Source: Mobula birostris
Taxonomy: Eukaryota
Assembly (NCBI RefSeq): GCF_030028105.1
Contig: NC_092374.1
Coordinates: 174,988,057-175,052,056 of the forward strand
Length of the DNA: 64,000 bases
Direction: 5' to 3'
In this document: positions 37,279-49,399 of the stretch, in pieces
Layout: the number at the start of each line of letters is the position of its first letter
Numbering within the stretch: position 1 is the stretch's first letter
Position numbers and translations under genes: made by a program
The notes under the pieces: model-generated
Told to the model about the DNA's origin: nothing
The model's input: only the letters and a program-made list of their open reading frames with translations
Database searches by the model: none

Positions 37279-37539
37279 GCACTCACTCTCTCCGTTATTT
37301 CTACACGGCGGTGACCCCGGGGTCGGGGGTCCCTGAGTTCATTACCGTCAGGTATGTGGATGAGTTGTTGATCAGTTACTACGACAGTGTGTTGAGACGG
37401 ACGGTTCCCCGTCAGCAGTGGATGGCGGAGACTCAGGGACCTGACTACTGGGAACGGGAGACAAGGATCTCTCAGGGTTATGAGCAGTGGGCCCAGGCCG
37501 AAATCCAGACCCTCATGAACCGGACCAACCAGACGCGTG
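37279..37539 (+). CDS. MHC class I gene A alpha1 exon, cassette 2
   Basis: tttcag|GTHSLRYF...VDELLISYYDSVLRRTV...YWERETRISQGYEQWAQAEIQTLMNRTNQTR G|GTGAG; 261 nt, open. Confidence 0.92.
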
Positions 37540-37769
37540 GTGAGTGGGGAAACATGTTGGGGGGAGGGGTGGCAGAGGGGAACACACAGTTGTGGGGATT
37601 AGGTGGGTGATGGCAGGCATGGTGTTGTGGTTGGGGGGGGCTGATGGTAGAGATGGTGGGGTGGGGAGGGGTGTGGACGGTGACGGTGGGGTTTGTGGGG
37701 TGGTGGAGGTGATAGTAGTGATTGGGTGGGGCATGCAATGGACTGAGGTAGGGGTGCTGGCTGTGACAT

Positions 37770-38500
37770 TAGCGATTGTGGGCTGTGAAGTGAGGGATGG
37801 TGGGTGTTAGCCGGGGTGACATTAGGGATTGTGGGGTGGCAGGAGTGACGTTAGGGCACGTGGGAAAGGTGGCAGGGATGGCATTAGGGATTGGGTGGCG
37901 GGGGTGTTGTTGGGCGTTGTTGGGTATGGCAGGGGTGATGTTAGGGATCTTGGGGTTGGAGGGGTGTTGTTGGGAATTGTGGGGTATAGCAGGGGTGACG
38001 TTAGGGATCATGGGGGGGTGGTAGAGGCGACATTAGGGATTGTGGGGTGCAGGGGTGATGTTAGGGTATGTGGGAGGGATGGCAGGTAGACATTCGAAAT
38101 TGTGGTGACGGGGTGTTGGGGATTGTTGGGGATGGTAGGGGAGAGGTTAGGGATCATGGGGATGTACGGGGTGACGTTAGGGATCTTGGGGATGTACAGG
38201 GGTGATGTTAGGGATCATGGGGGTGTACAGAAGTGACATTAATGATCATGGGGGTGTACAGGGGTGAAGTTAGGTATCATGGGGGTGTACAGGGGTGAAG
38301 TTAGGGATCATGGGGATGTACAGAGGTGACGTTAGTGATCATGGGGGTGTACAGGAGTGACATTAATGATCATGGGGGTGTACAGAGGTGAAGTTAGTGA
38401 TCATGGGGATGTACAGGGGTGAAGTTAGTAATCATGGGGGTGTACAGGGGTGAAGTTAGTGATCATGGGGTTGTACAGGGGTGACGTTAGTGATCATGGG
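37770..38500 (+). repeat. G-rich 31-bp minisatellite (cassette 2)
   Basis: Period 31 checked at 38341, 38372 and 38403. Confidence 0.85.
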
Positions 38501-39274
38501 GGTGTGCAGGGGGCTGCGGGAGGGATGGTGTGGGTGTCGTCAGTGATTTTGCAAGGGGTGGCAGGGGTGATGTTAGGGATTGTGGGGCTGGCGGGGGTGA
38601 CAATGGTGATTGTGTGGGGGTGATGGTTGATGGTAGGTTTTGAGCGGGGTGGGGGTGAGAATAGGGGCAGTGTGGGGGTAGGATGTTGACAAAGAATGTT
38701 TGGGTGAGGGGGTGATGATAGGGAATGTGCAGGGGTGTGGGAGGTGATGGGGGAGAGTGTGGGTGTGAGGGGGGAGGGAGTGACATTAGGGACCGTATGG
38801 GGTGGGGTGTGTTGGGAATTGTAGGGCTGGTCGGGGTGACGTAAGGATTTGTGGTGGTGGGATGGCAGGGATTGTGTGGGGTGACAGTGGGGATTTTGGA
38901 GATGGATGTGATGGTGGGTTTTGTCTGGGGGCTGAAGGTGGGGATCATACGGGTGGGGAGGGGTGGGGTGATGGTAGAGACGGGGCAGGAGTCAGATGCA
39001 GTGGTGGGGAGAGAGAGTGACGGTAGGGTGTGGGTGGGGACCGTGTTGGAGGTGAGGGGTGACATGGAAGGTGATGGTAGGGATGGGTCAACGGTGGGTT
39101 GCGGTGAAGAAGTGACGGTGGGGTCTGTGCAGCGGTGACAGTAGGGACTGTGAAGGCTGGGGGAACGTGTGGGGGAATATTGGTTCTGCCTGGGGGAGCG
39201 GAAGTAAAAGCCACATCTGCAGGATGGAAAGTTGTCCACAACCCCACAACTCGCCAATGGATGATGTGTTCCAG

Positions 39275-39547
39275 GGATCCACTTTCTCCAGAGGATGTCC
39301 GGCTGTGAGCTCCGTGATGACGGGACCTCCACCGGGTTCCTGCAGTACGGCTGGGACGGGTCAGACTTCATCACCTTCGACAAGGACCGGATGGTGTGGG
39401 TGACCCCTGTGCCCTGGGGTGTCATCACCAAGGACAAGTGGGATCGGGACACGGCCATGAACCAGGGTTGGAAGGGATACCTGGAGCAGACCTGCATCAA
39501 ATGGCTGACGAAATACGTCAAGGCTGGGGGTAGTCACCTGAAACCCA
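39275..39547 (+). CDS. MHC class I gene A alpha2 exon, cassette 2
   Basis: As cassette 1 except TCIKWL in place of TCIEWL; splice sites intact. Confidence 0.93.
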
Positions 39548-39746
39548 GTGAGTGCATGGGGTGGGGTCAATGTGTGTGCCAGGGAGTGGAAGTCAGTGTC
39601 TGCAACCCCCATCTCCACCCTCCCCTGCCCACCCCTTCCCACCTTCACTGCCCCCGTCACCTCCTCTGCAACACCCCCCACGCAGTCTCCTCTTCCCATC
39701 CCCTTCCTACCTCCACTCAATGCTTCCTCTTTCTCTCCCACCCCAG

Positions 39747-40010
39747 ATCCCCCCGAAGTCTCGTTCACCGCCTCCGAGGACGGCCGCCACCTCTCCTGTG
39801 TGGCCACTGGATTCTACCCTCAGTCCATCGACATGACTATTCTGCGGGACGGCCGGATCCTGGAGGAGACCCATTCCCATGGGATCCTCCCCAACCAGGA
39901 CAACACCTACCAGCTGACCAGGACGGTGCGGGTGGAGCCCACGGACACAACAATGTTCTCCTGTCGGGTGGAACACCGGAGTCTCTCCGAGCCCCTCGTC
40001 CTGTTCCTCG
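39747..40010 (+). CDS. MHC class I gene A alpha3 exon, cassette 2
   Basis: PPEVSF..LSCVATGFYP..ILPNQDNTYQL..TTMFSCRVEHRSLSEPLVLFL; splice sites intact. Confidence 0.93.
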
Positions 40011-41017
40011 GTAAGAAACACCACTGGTTGTGCGGTACATGGGCGTCCAGTGTCGCCCATCTTCACCCCACCATTCCCCACCACGTTTCCTTCTCGCATT
40101 ATAACAGTATCCGTGTTGTCTCGGCCTCTCTCTGTAGGGTCATGGAGAAGAACTGTATAGTACAGTATTGGCCCTTTGGCCCACAAAGTTGTGCCGACCT
40201 CTTAACCCACTCCACGGTCAATCTAACACATCCCTCTCACAAATTGTCCATTTTTCTTTCATCTATGTGCCTAACTAAGAGTCTCTGATCTGTCCTTAAT
40301 GTGTCAGTCTCCATCACGACCACAGCAGTGTTCTATGCTCTCCTCTGACATCGCCCCGACACTTTCTGCAATCACCTTAAAAAGATGTTCTTTGGTATTA
40401 GGCGTTGCTTCTTGGTTAAGGCAAAAGCTGGTTGTCCACATTATCTGTGCCTCTTATCGTCTCATAGACTAACTGTCACTTTATGCTCTACTTTCCCCCA
40501 GTGCAAGAGTCAGCGGGTCAGACTGTATGGAATTAGTTCCTTCGGCCTGACCTCAGTTCTCAGCTGGTCTCTCCACTGACAGCAGGGAGAAACTTAACCA
40601 GGGAGGGAGCACAGACGAGTCCTCACCCCGATTGGGAGTTTTCCCACCTGCTCTGAGCACATCCCTATCCTCACAGAGCTACTTACCCTGACCTCAGAGA
40701 GACACACTGATGATTGAACCCAGTCTGGTCTGGGTGAACATGTCTTGTTTCATAACCCCGCTCCATCACCAGGTTGGGACACCACAGCTCATGGATATAG
40801 GCAGCTCAGCCAGGGATCTGCAGATGTGACCAGGGATTTGGACTCTCACTGTCTTCAGGTGCAGTTCAAATGCCCCTTGGGGTGAGCGGTCAGTCCTGAT
40901 TCTCTGGTTTTAGGACTCTGATTCTCTCAGGGGGTTGGGGATGAAGCCCAGCATCTTGGGTCTCAGGGTCCTGGTTTCAGGTATAAGTTATTCTCTGACT
41001 CTCAGATCCAGTTTCAG

Positions 41018-41278
41018 GCACTCACTCTCTCCGTTATTTCTACACGGCGGTGACCCCGGGGTCGGGGGTCCCTGAATTCATTACCGTCAGGTATGTGGAT
41101 GAGTTGTTGATCAGTTACTACGACAGTGTGTTGAGACGGACGGTTCCCCGTCAGCAGTGGATGGCGGAGACTCAGGGACCTGACTACTGGGAACGGGAGA
41201 CAAGGTTCTCTCAGGGTTATGAGCAGTGGGCCCAGGCCGAAATCCAGACCCTCATGAACCGGACCAACCAGACGAGTG
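41018..41278 (+). CDS. MHC class I gene A alpha1 exon, cassette 3
   Basis: GTHSLRYF...YWERETRFSQGYEQWAQAEIQTLMNRTNQTS G|GTGAG; 261 nt, open. Confidence 0.92.
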
Positions 41279-41499
41279 GTGAGTGGGGAAACATGTTGGG
41301 GGGAGGGGTGGCAGAGGGAACACACAGGTGTGGGGATTAGGTGGGTGATGGCAGGCATGGTGTTGTGGTTGGGGGGGGCTGATGGTAGAGATGGTGGGGT
41401 GGGGAGGGGTGTGGACGGTGACGGTGGGGTTTGTGGGGTGGTGGAGGTGATGGTAGTGATTGGGTGGGGCATGCAATGGACTGAGGTGGGGGTGCTGGC

Positions 41500-42240
41500 T
41501 GTGACATTAGCGATTGTGGGCTGTGAAGTGAGGGATGGTGGGTGTTAGCCGGGGTGACATTAGGGATTGTGGGGTGGCAGGAGTGACGTTAGGGCACGTG
41601 GGAAAGGTGGCAGGGATGGCATTAGGGATTGGGTGGCGGGGGTGTTGTTGGGCGTTGTTGGGTATGGCAGGGGTGATGTTAGGGATCTTGGGGTTGGAGG
41701 GGTGTTGTTGGGAATTGTGGGGTATAGCAGGGGTGACGTTAGGGATCATGGGGGGGTGGTAGAGGCGACATTAGGGATTGTGGGGTGCAGGGGTGATGTT
41801 AGGGTATGTGGGAGGGATGGCAGGTAGACATTCGAAATTGTGGTGACGGGGTGTTGGGGATTGTTGGGGATGGTAGGGGAGACGTTAGGGATCATGGGGG
41901 TGTACAGGGGTGACGTTAGTGATCTTGGGGATGTACAGGGGTGACATTAGTGATCATGGGGGTGTACAGGGGTGACGTTAGGGATCTTGGGGATGTACAG
42001 GGGTGATGTTAGGGATCATGGGGGTGTACAGGAGTGACATTAATGATCATGGGGGTGTACAGGGGTGAAGTTAGGGATCATGGGGATGTACAGGGGTGAC
42101 ATTAGTGATCATGGGGGTGTACAGGGGTGAAGTTAGTGATCATGGGGATGTACAGGGGTGACGTTAGTAATCATGGGGGTGTACAGGGGTGAAGTTAGTG
42201 ATCATGGGGTTGTACAGGGGTGACGTTAGTGATCATGGGG
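41500..42240 (+). repeat. G-rich 31-bp minisatellite (cassette 3)
   Basis: Same unit as in cassettes 1 and 2. Confidence 0.85.
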
Positions 42241-43014
42241 GTGTGCAGGGGGCTGCGGGAGGGATGGTGGGGGTGTCGTCAGTGATTTTGCAAGGGGTGG
42301 CAGGGGTGATGTTAGGGATTGTGGGGCTGGCGGGGGTGACAATGGTGATTGTGTGGGGGTGATGGTTGATGGTAGGTTTTGAGCGGGGGTGGGGGTGAGA
42401 ATAGGGGCAGTGTGGGGGTAGGATGTTGACAAAGAATGTTTGGGTGAGGGGGTGATGATAGGGAATGTGCAGGGGTGTGGGAGGTGATGGGGGAGAGTGT
42501 GGGTGTGAGGGGGGAGGGAGTGACATTAGGGACCGTATGGGGTGGGGTGTGTTGGGAATTGTAGGGCTGGTCGGGGTGACGTAAGGATTTGTGGTGGTGG
42601 GATGGCAGGGATTGTGTGGGGTGACAGTGGGGATTTTGGAGATGGATGTGATGGTGGGTTTTGTCTGGGGGCTGAAGGTGGGGATCATACGGGTGGGGAG
42701 GGGTGGGGTGATGGTAGAGACGGGGCAGGAGTCAGATGCAGTGGTGGGGAGAGAGAGTGACGGTAGGGTGTGGGTGGGGACCGTGTTGGAGGTGAGGGGT
42801 GACATGGAAGGTGATGGTAGGGATGGGTCAACGGTGGGTTGCGGTGAAGAAGTGACGGTGGGGTCTGTGCAGCGGTGACAGTAGGGACTGTGAAGGCTGG
42901 GGGGACGTGTGGGTGAATATTGGTTCTGCCTGGGGGAGCGGAAGTAAAAGCCACATCTGCAGGATGGAAAGTTGTCCACAACCCCACAACTCGCCAATGG
43001 ATGATGTGTTCCAG

Positions 43015-43287
43015 GGATCCACTTTCTCCAGAGGATGTCCGGCTGTGAGCTCCGTGATGACGGGACCTCCACCGGGTTCCTGCAGTACGGCTGGGACGGG
43101 TCAGACTTCATCACCTTCGACAAGGACCGGATGGTGTGGGTGACCCCTGTGCCCTGGGGTGTCATCACCAAGGACAAGTGGGATCGGGACACGGCCATGA
43201 ACCAGGGTTGGAAGGGATACCTGGAGCAGACCTGCATCGAATGGCTGACGAAATACGTCAAGGCTGGGGGTAGTCACCTGAAACCCA
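43015..43287 (+). CDS. MHC class I gene A alpha2 exon, cassette 3
   Basis: Protein identical to cassette 1 alpha2; AG/GT intact. Confidence 0.93.
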
Positions 43288-43509
43288 GTGAGTGCATGGG
43301 GTGGGGTCAATGTGTGTGCCAGGGAGTGGAAGTCAGTGTCTGCAACCCCCCTCTCCACCCTCCCCTGCCCACCCCTTGCCGCCTCCTCTGCCCACCCCTT
43401 CCCACCTTCACTGCCCCCGTCACCTCCTCTGCAACACCCCCCACGCAGTCTCCTCTTCCCATCCCCTTCCTACCTCCACTCAATGCTTCCTCTTTCTCTC
43501 CCACCCCAG

Positions 43510-43767
43510 ATCCCCCCGAAGTCTCGTTCACCGCCTCCGAGGACGGCCGCCACCTCTCCTGTGTGGCCACTGGATTCTACCCTCAGTCCATCGACATGAC
43601 TATTCTGCGGGACGGCCGGATCCTGGAGGAGACCCATTCCCATGGGATCCTCCCCAACCAGGACAACACCTACCAGCTGACCAGGACGGTGCGGGTGGAG
43701 CCCACGGACACAACAATGTTCTCCTGTCGGGTGGAACACCGGAGTCTCTTCCTCGTCCTGTTCCTCG
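43510..43767 (+). CDS. MHC class I gene A alpha3 exon, cassette 3 (in-frame 6-nt deletion near the end)
   Basis: ...FSCRVEHRSLFLVLFL G|GTAAG; 258 nt versus 264. Confidence 0.92.
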
Positions 43768-44880
43768 GTAAGAAATACCACTGGTTGTGCGGTACATGGG
43801 CGTCCAGTGTCGCCCATCTTCACCCCACCATTCCCCACCACGTTTCCTTCTCCCATTATAACAGTATCCGTGTTGTCTTGGCCTCTCTCTGTAGGGTCAT
43901 GGAGCAGAACTGTATAGTACAGTACTGGCACTCTGGCCCACAAAGTTGTTCCGACCTCTTAACCCACTCCACGGTCAATCTAACACATCCCTCTCGCAAA
44001 TTGTCCATTTTTCTTTCATCCATGTGCCTAACTAAGAGTCTCTGATCTGTCCTTAATGTGTCAGTCTCCATCACGACCACAGCAGTGTTCTATGCTCTCC
44101 TCTGACATCGCCCCGACACTTTCTGCAATCACCTTAAAAAGATGTTCTTTGGTATTAGGCGTTGCTTCTTGGTTAAGGCAAAAGCTGGTTGTCCACATTA
44201 TCTGTGCCTCTTATCGTCTCGTAGACTAACTGACACTTTGTGCTCTACTTTCCCCCAGTGCAAGAGTCAGCGGGTCAGACTGTATGGAATTAGTTCCTTC
44301 GGCCTGACCTCTCATTAATGATCACATATTTGCATATCTGATCCCATTTCCTTGCCATCTCTATCTTGGTTATTCATATACCTGTCTAGATCTATCCTCA
44401 GTGATATGAGAGTCTGCCTTCTCCACTTCTTCAGTGTGTTTGATTCCAGCCACTCCCTGGGTTTGGGTGAAACATTCCTTCCTCCGGTCACTCCCAGTGA
44501 TCTTGCTCCTCACTGACCGATTCTGATCTTGGACTCCTCTGCTCCGGGAAATCAGTTCCTCCTACCTGCCCCACCTGAGCCTCTCATTACCGTGTGCATC
44601 CATACCTGGTGAACCTGACCAGGGTCAGGGTCAGTATTAGGGTAAATGGTCACTCCAAACCTCCCACTGACCACTCTGTCACACACCAGCTTTGTTCTGT
44701 CTCATGGCCTTACAATGAGTTCGGGCACCTGGTGATCCTGTTGGATGTGTCTCCTTTCACAGCTTGTACCTTGAGTTCTGTTTGATTGGGATTCAGAGCT
44801 CACTGGGCAGGAGATGAATCTATCTGGTTATAAGCTGGGGATGTGGGACCATTCTCATTGACTGTCTCTGTGTTTTACAG

Positions 44881-44910
44881 CCGGGGACAATGGCTACAAT
44901 CCAACTAAAA
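44881..44910 (+). CDS. MHC class I gene A cytoplasmic exon (AGDNGYNPTK)
   Basis: gtgttttacag|...A|GTATGT; 30 nt, phase 1-1. The GYNP motif is typical of fish class I tails. Confidence 0.75.
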
Positions 44911-45178
44911 GTATGTTCACTGTAAATCACAGCTGGATGGTTGTGTGACATTGTTCATGTTCACTGGGTCTCATCAACAGAACAGGGGTTCTGTGCGTGT
45001 GTGTGTCTCTGTGTCTGTGTGTACAACACCTTTGTGCATGTCTCTGTCGGTGTGTGTGATTATCCGTATATACCTGTGTTTGTGCAGTGGTGTATTGTAT
45101 GCATGTGGCTGTCTTTGTTTCTCCGTGTCTGCACTGCATTGGTAGTAAATACTTTCCTGCCTGTCCTTCCATTCACAG

Positions 45179-45225
45179 CTTCTGACAAAGGAGAATCCTT
45201 CTCCAACTCCTCTGCCATGGCCTGA
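45179..45225 (+). CDS. MHC class I gene A last coding exon (TSDKGESFSNSSAMA*)
   Basis: ccattcacag| acceptor, serine-rich SD..S.SNSSA tail, TGA followed by a G|GTAGG donor. Confidence 0.78.
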
Positions 45226-45798
45226 GGTAGGAACCGTGTTGGGCTCTGGTCAATGCTGGGCTTCCCAGCTCTTGTCACTGGAGCTGGAGCTGGTCATTAC
45301 AGCACAGTCTGGGCACTGAGAAACCCTGGTCCGGAACCAGAGCTGTGGGATGGGCTGTAACCAGTCCCCACAGCACCTCACCATAGGAATGGCCTCCTGC
45401 TCTGTTCCATTCCAGGGATCCAGTGCCCAGTTTTCCTGAAGTTTGTCACTGGAAATGCTGTTTCTTCCCAGGGTTGCCCCCCACTGGTGTTTTGTGGCCA
45501 GGGGTGTGCTCAGGTGTTGTAGGGAGAAGTCGGGGGTGTGGAGGGTGGGTTGTTGTGGGGGGCTTATGGTGCTGGGGAAGATGGGTTTTTTATGGGTGTG
45601 GTGTGGTGCAGGATGGGTTCCGTGTCTAGATTATATTGCAGTAGTTGTTGGGAACTGGGAATCGCTGGATATTATTCCCAGTGATGGGTGGGGCATTTCG
45701 GTGGGTTTTATTGTCAGTGTTGGGGAGCTTTGTTGTTGATGTCTCTGTGGGTTTGCCTCACTCTATAACTATCTCTCCTCATCTCTCTCCCTCTGCAG

Positions 45799-46323
45799 AA
45801 AATTCAATTCACAGCAAGATGTTGATGAAGAGATCAAGGGGAACAGAGTGTAATCCTGGGGCTTCGGATGATTAACGAGTTAACCTTTGATTTGGGCATT
45901 GACCCTCATGTTTGGGAATACTGATAATTTGCTGATTCACTGCAGGAGCCAGACTATAATGCTGCTTTTCATAGAAAGCTGAATCACTTTAATGTGTTTG
46001 GGATGAAGTGAAGGGGTTTAGTGCGGAACAGCTCTGACCCACAGCTCAGTCCTGGTCAGCATCTGGAGACTCACAGCTGGGTGAATAGATTTGCTCATTC
46101 AGTCAATTTGACTGTTGACCTAGAGTGGTTCTGTCCCCTGTGGGATGGGAGGGGAGTGGGTGGCAGGTCCTGGAGTTAAGGTGTCACCTTGACCCATGGG
46201 CTGTGGGGGTGATCACAGGGAGATCTGGAAATGTGACTTTTATGCCGGGGGAGTGGGAGGTAGGATGGGAAGTGTTTGTTTGTGCTTTACTGTCAAGGCT
46301 CTTTAATACTGAATCCAAATAAA
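45799..46323 (+). other. Probable 3' UTR exon of gene A ending at a polyadenylation signal
   Basis: Polypyrimidine acceptor ctctccctctgcag ending at 45798; AATAAA at 46318-46323. Confidence 0.45.
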
Positions 46324-47289
46324 GTCGACATGTACCCCATCTCCCTGACTGCAAAAGATTGTGGTGTTGGGAACATTGGGATTTGAAGGATGCAGCCACC
46401 AGGTCTCTGGACAAAATGGGAGTGATGTGTGGCAGGGATTTAAGGAGGTGCTGGCTGATACTTAGCCCAGCTCCATGCTGCCTAAAAGTGAGGGAGGGGC
46501 TGCCTTTGTGGGAGAGTGGGTGAGAAAACACAAGGAGTGGTTGCTGCTGGGGCAACAGTGACCAGGCAGAGAGCTGACAAAGACCATGTTTATGTTACCT
46601 TATGTGAGGATGGAAGTCAAGGAATTGTTTAATTGCACCATTTGAATCAAGTTTAATATCACTGGCATATGTTGTGAGATTTGTTGCTTGGTGGCGAAGT
46701 GTCGAGAGTCTGCTGGCTACCTCACAGTCCTACAGCATGGAAATGCGTTCTTCGGTGGACTGTGTCCATGCTGACCATCAATGACCCATCTATGTTATTC
46801 CCACTCACAGACACTTCGTCCACAACCTTCTCTGCCTTGCTGTCTCAAATGCTTGTCTGGGTATTTCTTAAACATTGTGAGATTCTCTCCCTCCACCACC
46901 CCATCAGGGGGTGTGTCCCACATTCCAACCACCCCCCCCCCCACTGCCTGTGTGAAAGTTCTTCCCCATATCCCCTCTTCACCGTTGCCCGAACCCCATC
47001 TCTCTAGTTTCAGACACATTTGCCATGGGGAAGGTTTCACATATGGACGACCCTGTCTCTGCCTGTGATAATTTTGTACGTCTATCAGGGTCTCCCCTCA
47101 GCATCCTCCACTCCAAAGGGGCTATCAATTCTCTCCTTTACAGCCACACTGCTCCACCCCAGACAACATTTTTGTGAACTTCTGCACCCTGTCTAGTGCA
47201 ATCATGTCATTTTCGCCTCCCTGGAGACCACAGATACTGATTTCTGACAATCCTCTTGTGCAGGGTTCATTACTGAGACTGGGGCTGTT

Positions 47290-48100
47290 CCAGTTTGCTC
47301 ACATAGCAGATTTCCTTGAATTTAAAATCCCTGAAGTTAAAATCAGGATGCTTATTACTGACTACAGCTCATCATTCAATACCATCATCCCCTCAAAACT
47401 AATCAATAAGCTTCAAGACCTTGGTCTCAATATCTCCTTGTGCATTTAGATCCTCGATTTCCTCACTTGCAGACCCCAGTCACTTTGAATTGGCAACAAC
47501 ATCTCCTCCACAATCTCCATCCGCACAGGTGCTCCACAAGGATGTGTCCTTAGCCCCCAGCTGTACTCGCTTTACACGTATGACTGTCTGGCTAAGCACA
47601 GCTCCAATACCATATTCAAGTTTGCTGATGACACCACTGCTGTAGGCCGAATTAAAGGTGGTGACGAATCATCATATAGGCAGGAGATTGAAAATCTGGA
47701 TGAGTGGTGCCACACGCTGTGTCAGCAAGATCAAGGAGCTGATTATCGACTTCAGGAGAAGGAAACCAGAGGTCCATTAGCCAGCCTTCATCGGAGGATC
47801 AGAGGTGGAAAGGCTGAACAACATTAAACTCCCCTATGTTATTATTTTGGAGGACCTGTCCTGGGCCCAACACTGAAGTCCAACTGCAAAGAAAGTACAG
47901 AGACACCTCTACGAAGATTCAGCATGACCTCTAAGACTTTGACAAACCTCTATAACTGTGTAGTGGGGGGTATATTGACTGGCTGCATCACAGCCTGATA
48001 TGAGTATACCAATGCCCTTGAGTGGAAAATGCTACAACAAGTAGTGGATATGGCCCAGTCCATCACAGGTGGACTCAGTCCCCACCACTGAGCACATCTG
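47290..48100 (+). mobile_element. Rex1/Babar LINE RT fragment
   Basis: VKIRMLITDYSSSFNTIIPSKLINKLQDLGL; [11 protein letters not shown]; KFADDT. Confidence 0.8.
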
Positions 48101-49399
48101 GACTGAATGCAGCCAAACAGGGCTGAGGAATGACCGGCACTTGCAGCATATTCGGGCAGCAGTGAGAGATGGACCGCCTCACCCTGAATCCAGGGCATTC
48201 CAGCAGCCTGATCCCAAACACCAACATCACTTACTCTGGTTGACATCTGGTCAGGCCCGGTAGTTCTTGTCCTCAGCTTGACTATTCTCCCACTGGAGTA
48301 CAGCTACTGAGGCAGGTTGGAGGGATTACTCCCTACCACACAAAAGGCTATTCAGCTCATCAGAGCCATGCCAGCTCCTTATAATCATTTTGTTCCTTCT
48401 TGATTCAGCAGTAGACATTTGCGTATATATTCACAACCAAAAAAGACACTGAACATGTGTTAAACCACAATACATCACTTTATTGAAGTTCTATAAAACA
48501 CAAAATACAGAAAGAAAAACAAATGGTTAATAAAGTAGCAGTTCGGGATACAAACTAATACCTACCATCCATAAATGAGCTGATTGGCAGAACGCTGACA
48601 AGCATTCATGCAGTTCCCACTCCTTCATGACCCTCACCCTATCCCTCCCCTTCCCCCTCTCCCTTAACTTTCTCAAAATGCTGCAAGCTAACACCACTTT
48701 GTCTTACACATTTCAATTTGATTTTAGAGCATAGGAGGGAGGAGTCACGTTCTGGAGAAGCCCCTGTTACCTTGGAAGTCTAGGGTTGTGGAAAGGGCAT
48801 GGCTCTCAAAGAGTGGGTGATCCCTGCACAGTGAGATTCCATGGGGGGGGGCATTGGGCAGTCCTGGCGTGGGAGTGATGACCATATGTCTCTGGGACAC
48901 CCTGCCCACAGGATCCATCTGACAGAAAGCAGTAATTTAAAGCTGAGCTCTGGGCCAGCTTCCTCTGACAGAGGGTGGTGAATCACTAGAGGCCTCAGCC
49001 CCAGAGTAGTGGGGGCTGGATCATTAGAGATGGTTCAGGTCGAGTTAGAGAAATATTTGCACAGTCGAGGGTCTGAAAGCCATGGGAACTGGCCCAGAGG
49101 AGTTGAGGCCAGTGGCAGAATGGACACAATGGAGCACCCTTTAAATTCCTGGTCGTGAACATAACCTTGGGGGAAATAGTGCACCAGAAAACAAAAGAGC
49201 TGACTGTTGACTTCAGGAAGGGGAAAGAGAACAAACTTGTGCTAGTCTGCTTGGGGAAACACTGGTGGGGAGAGTCAGCAGGTAAAATCCCTTCTTCAGG
49301 CTCCTTGCTACCTCAACACCACCTGTCCCTCCACCTGTCTGTATTGTCTGTAAATTTGGCCACAATGCCAACAGTTCTGTCAGTGGTCCCCTTGCACAC

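Larger units (their letters stand above)
32886..44311 (+). repeat. Three head-to-tail segmental duplication units (32886-36815, 36816-40554, 40555-44311)
   Basis: Junction ggcctgacctc|agttctcagctgg at 36815/36816 and 40554/40555. Exons recur at offsets of ~3.74-3.93 kb. Confidence 0.95.

Noticed and set aside
33541-43261. Long Pro/Thr/His-rich minus-strand ORFs (340-344 aa) and Gly/Val-rich plus-strand ORFs, resembling mucins
   Set aside because: They are by-products of the G-rich intronic minisatellite and the antisense of alpha2. They lack signal peptides and splice logic and recur only because of the duplication.
32886-44311. Three separate class I genes
   Set aside because: The units contain no leader, promoter, TM or tail exons. 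They cannot be independent genes without shared flanking exons.
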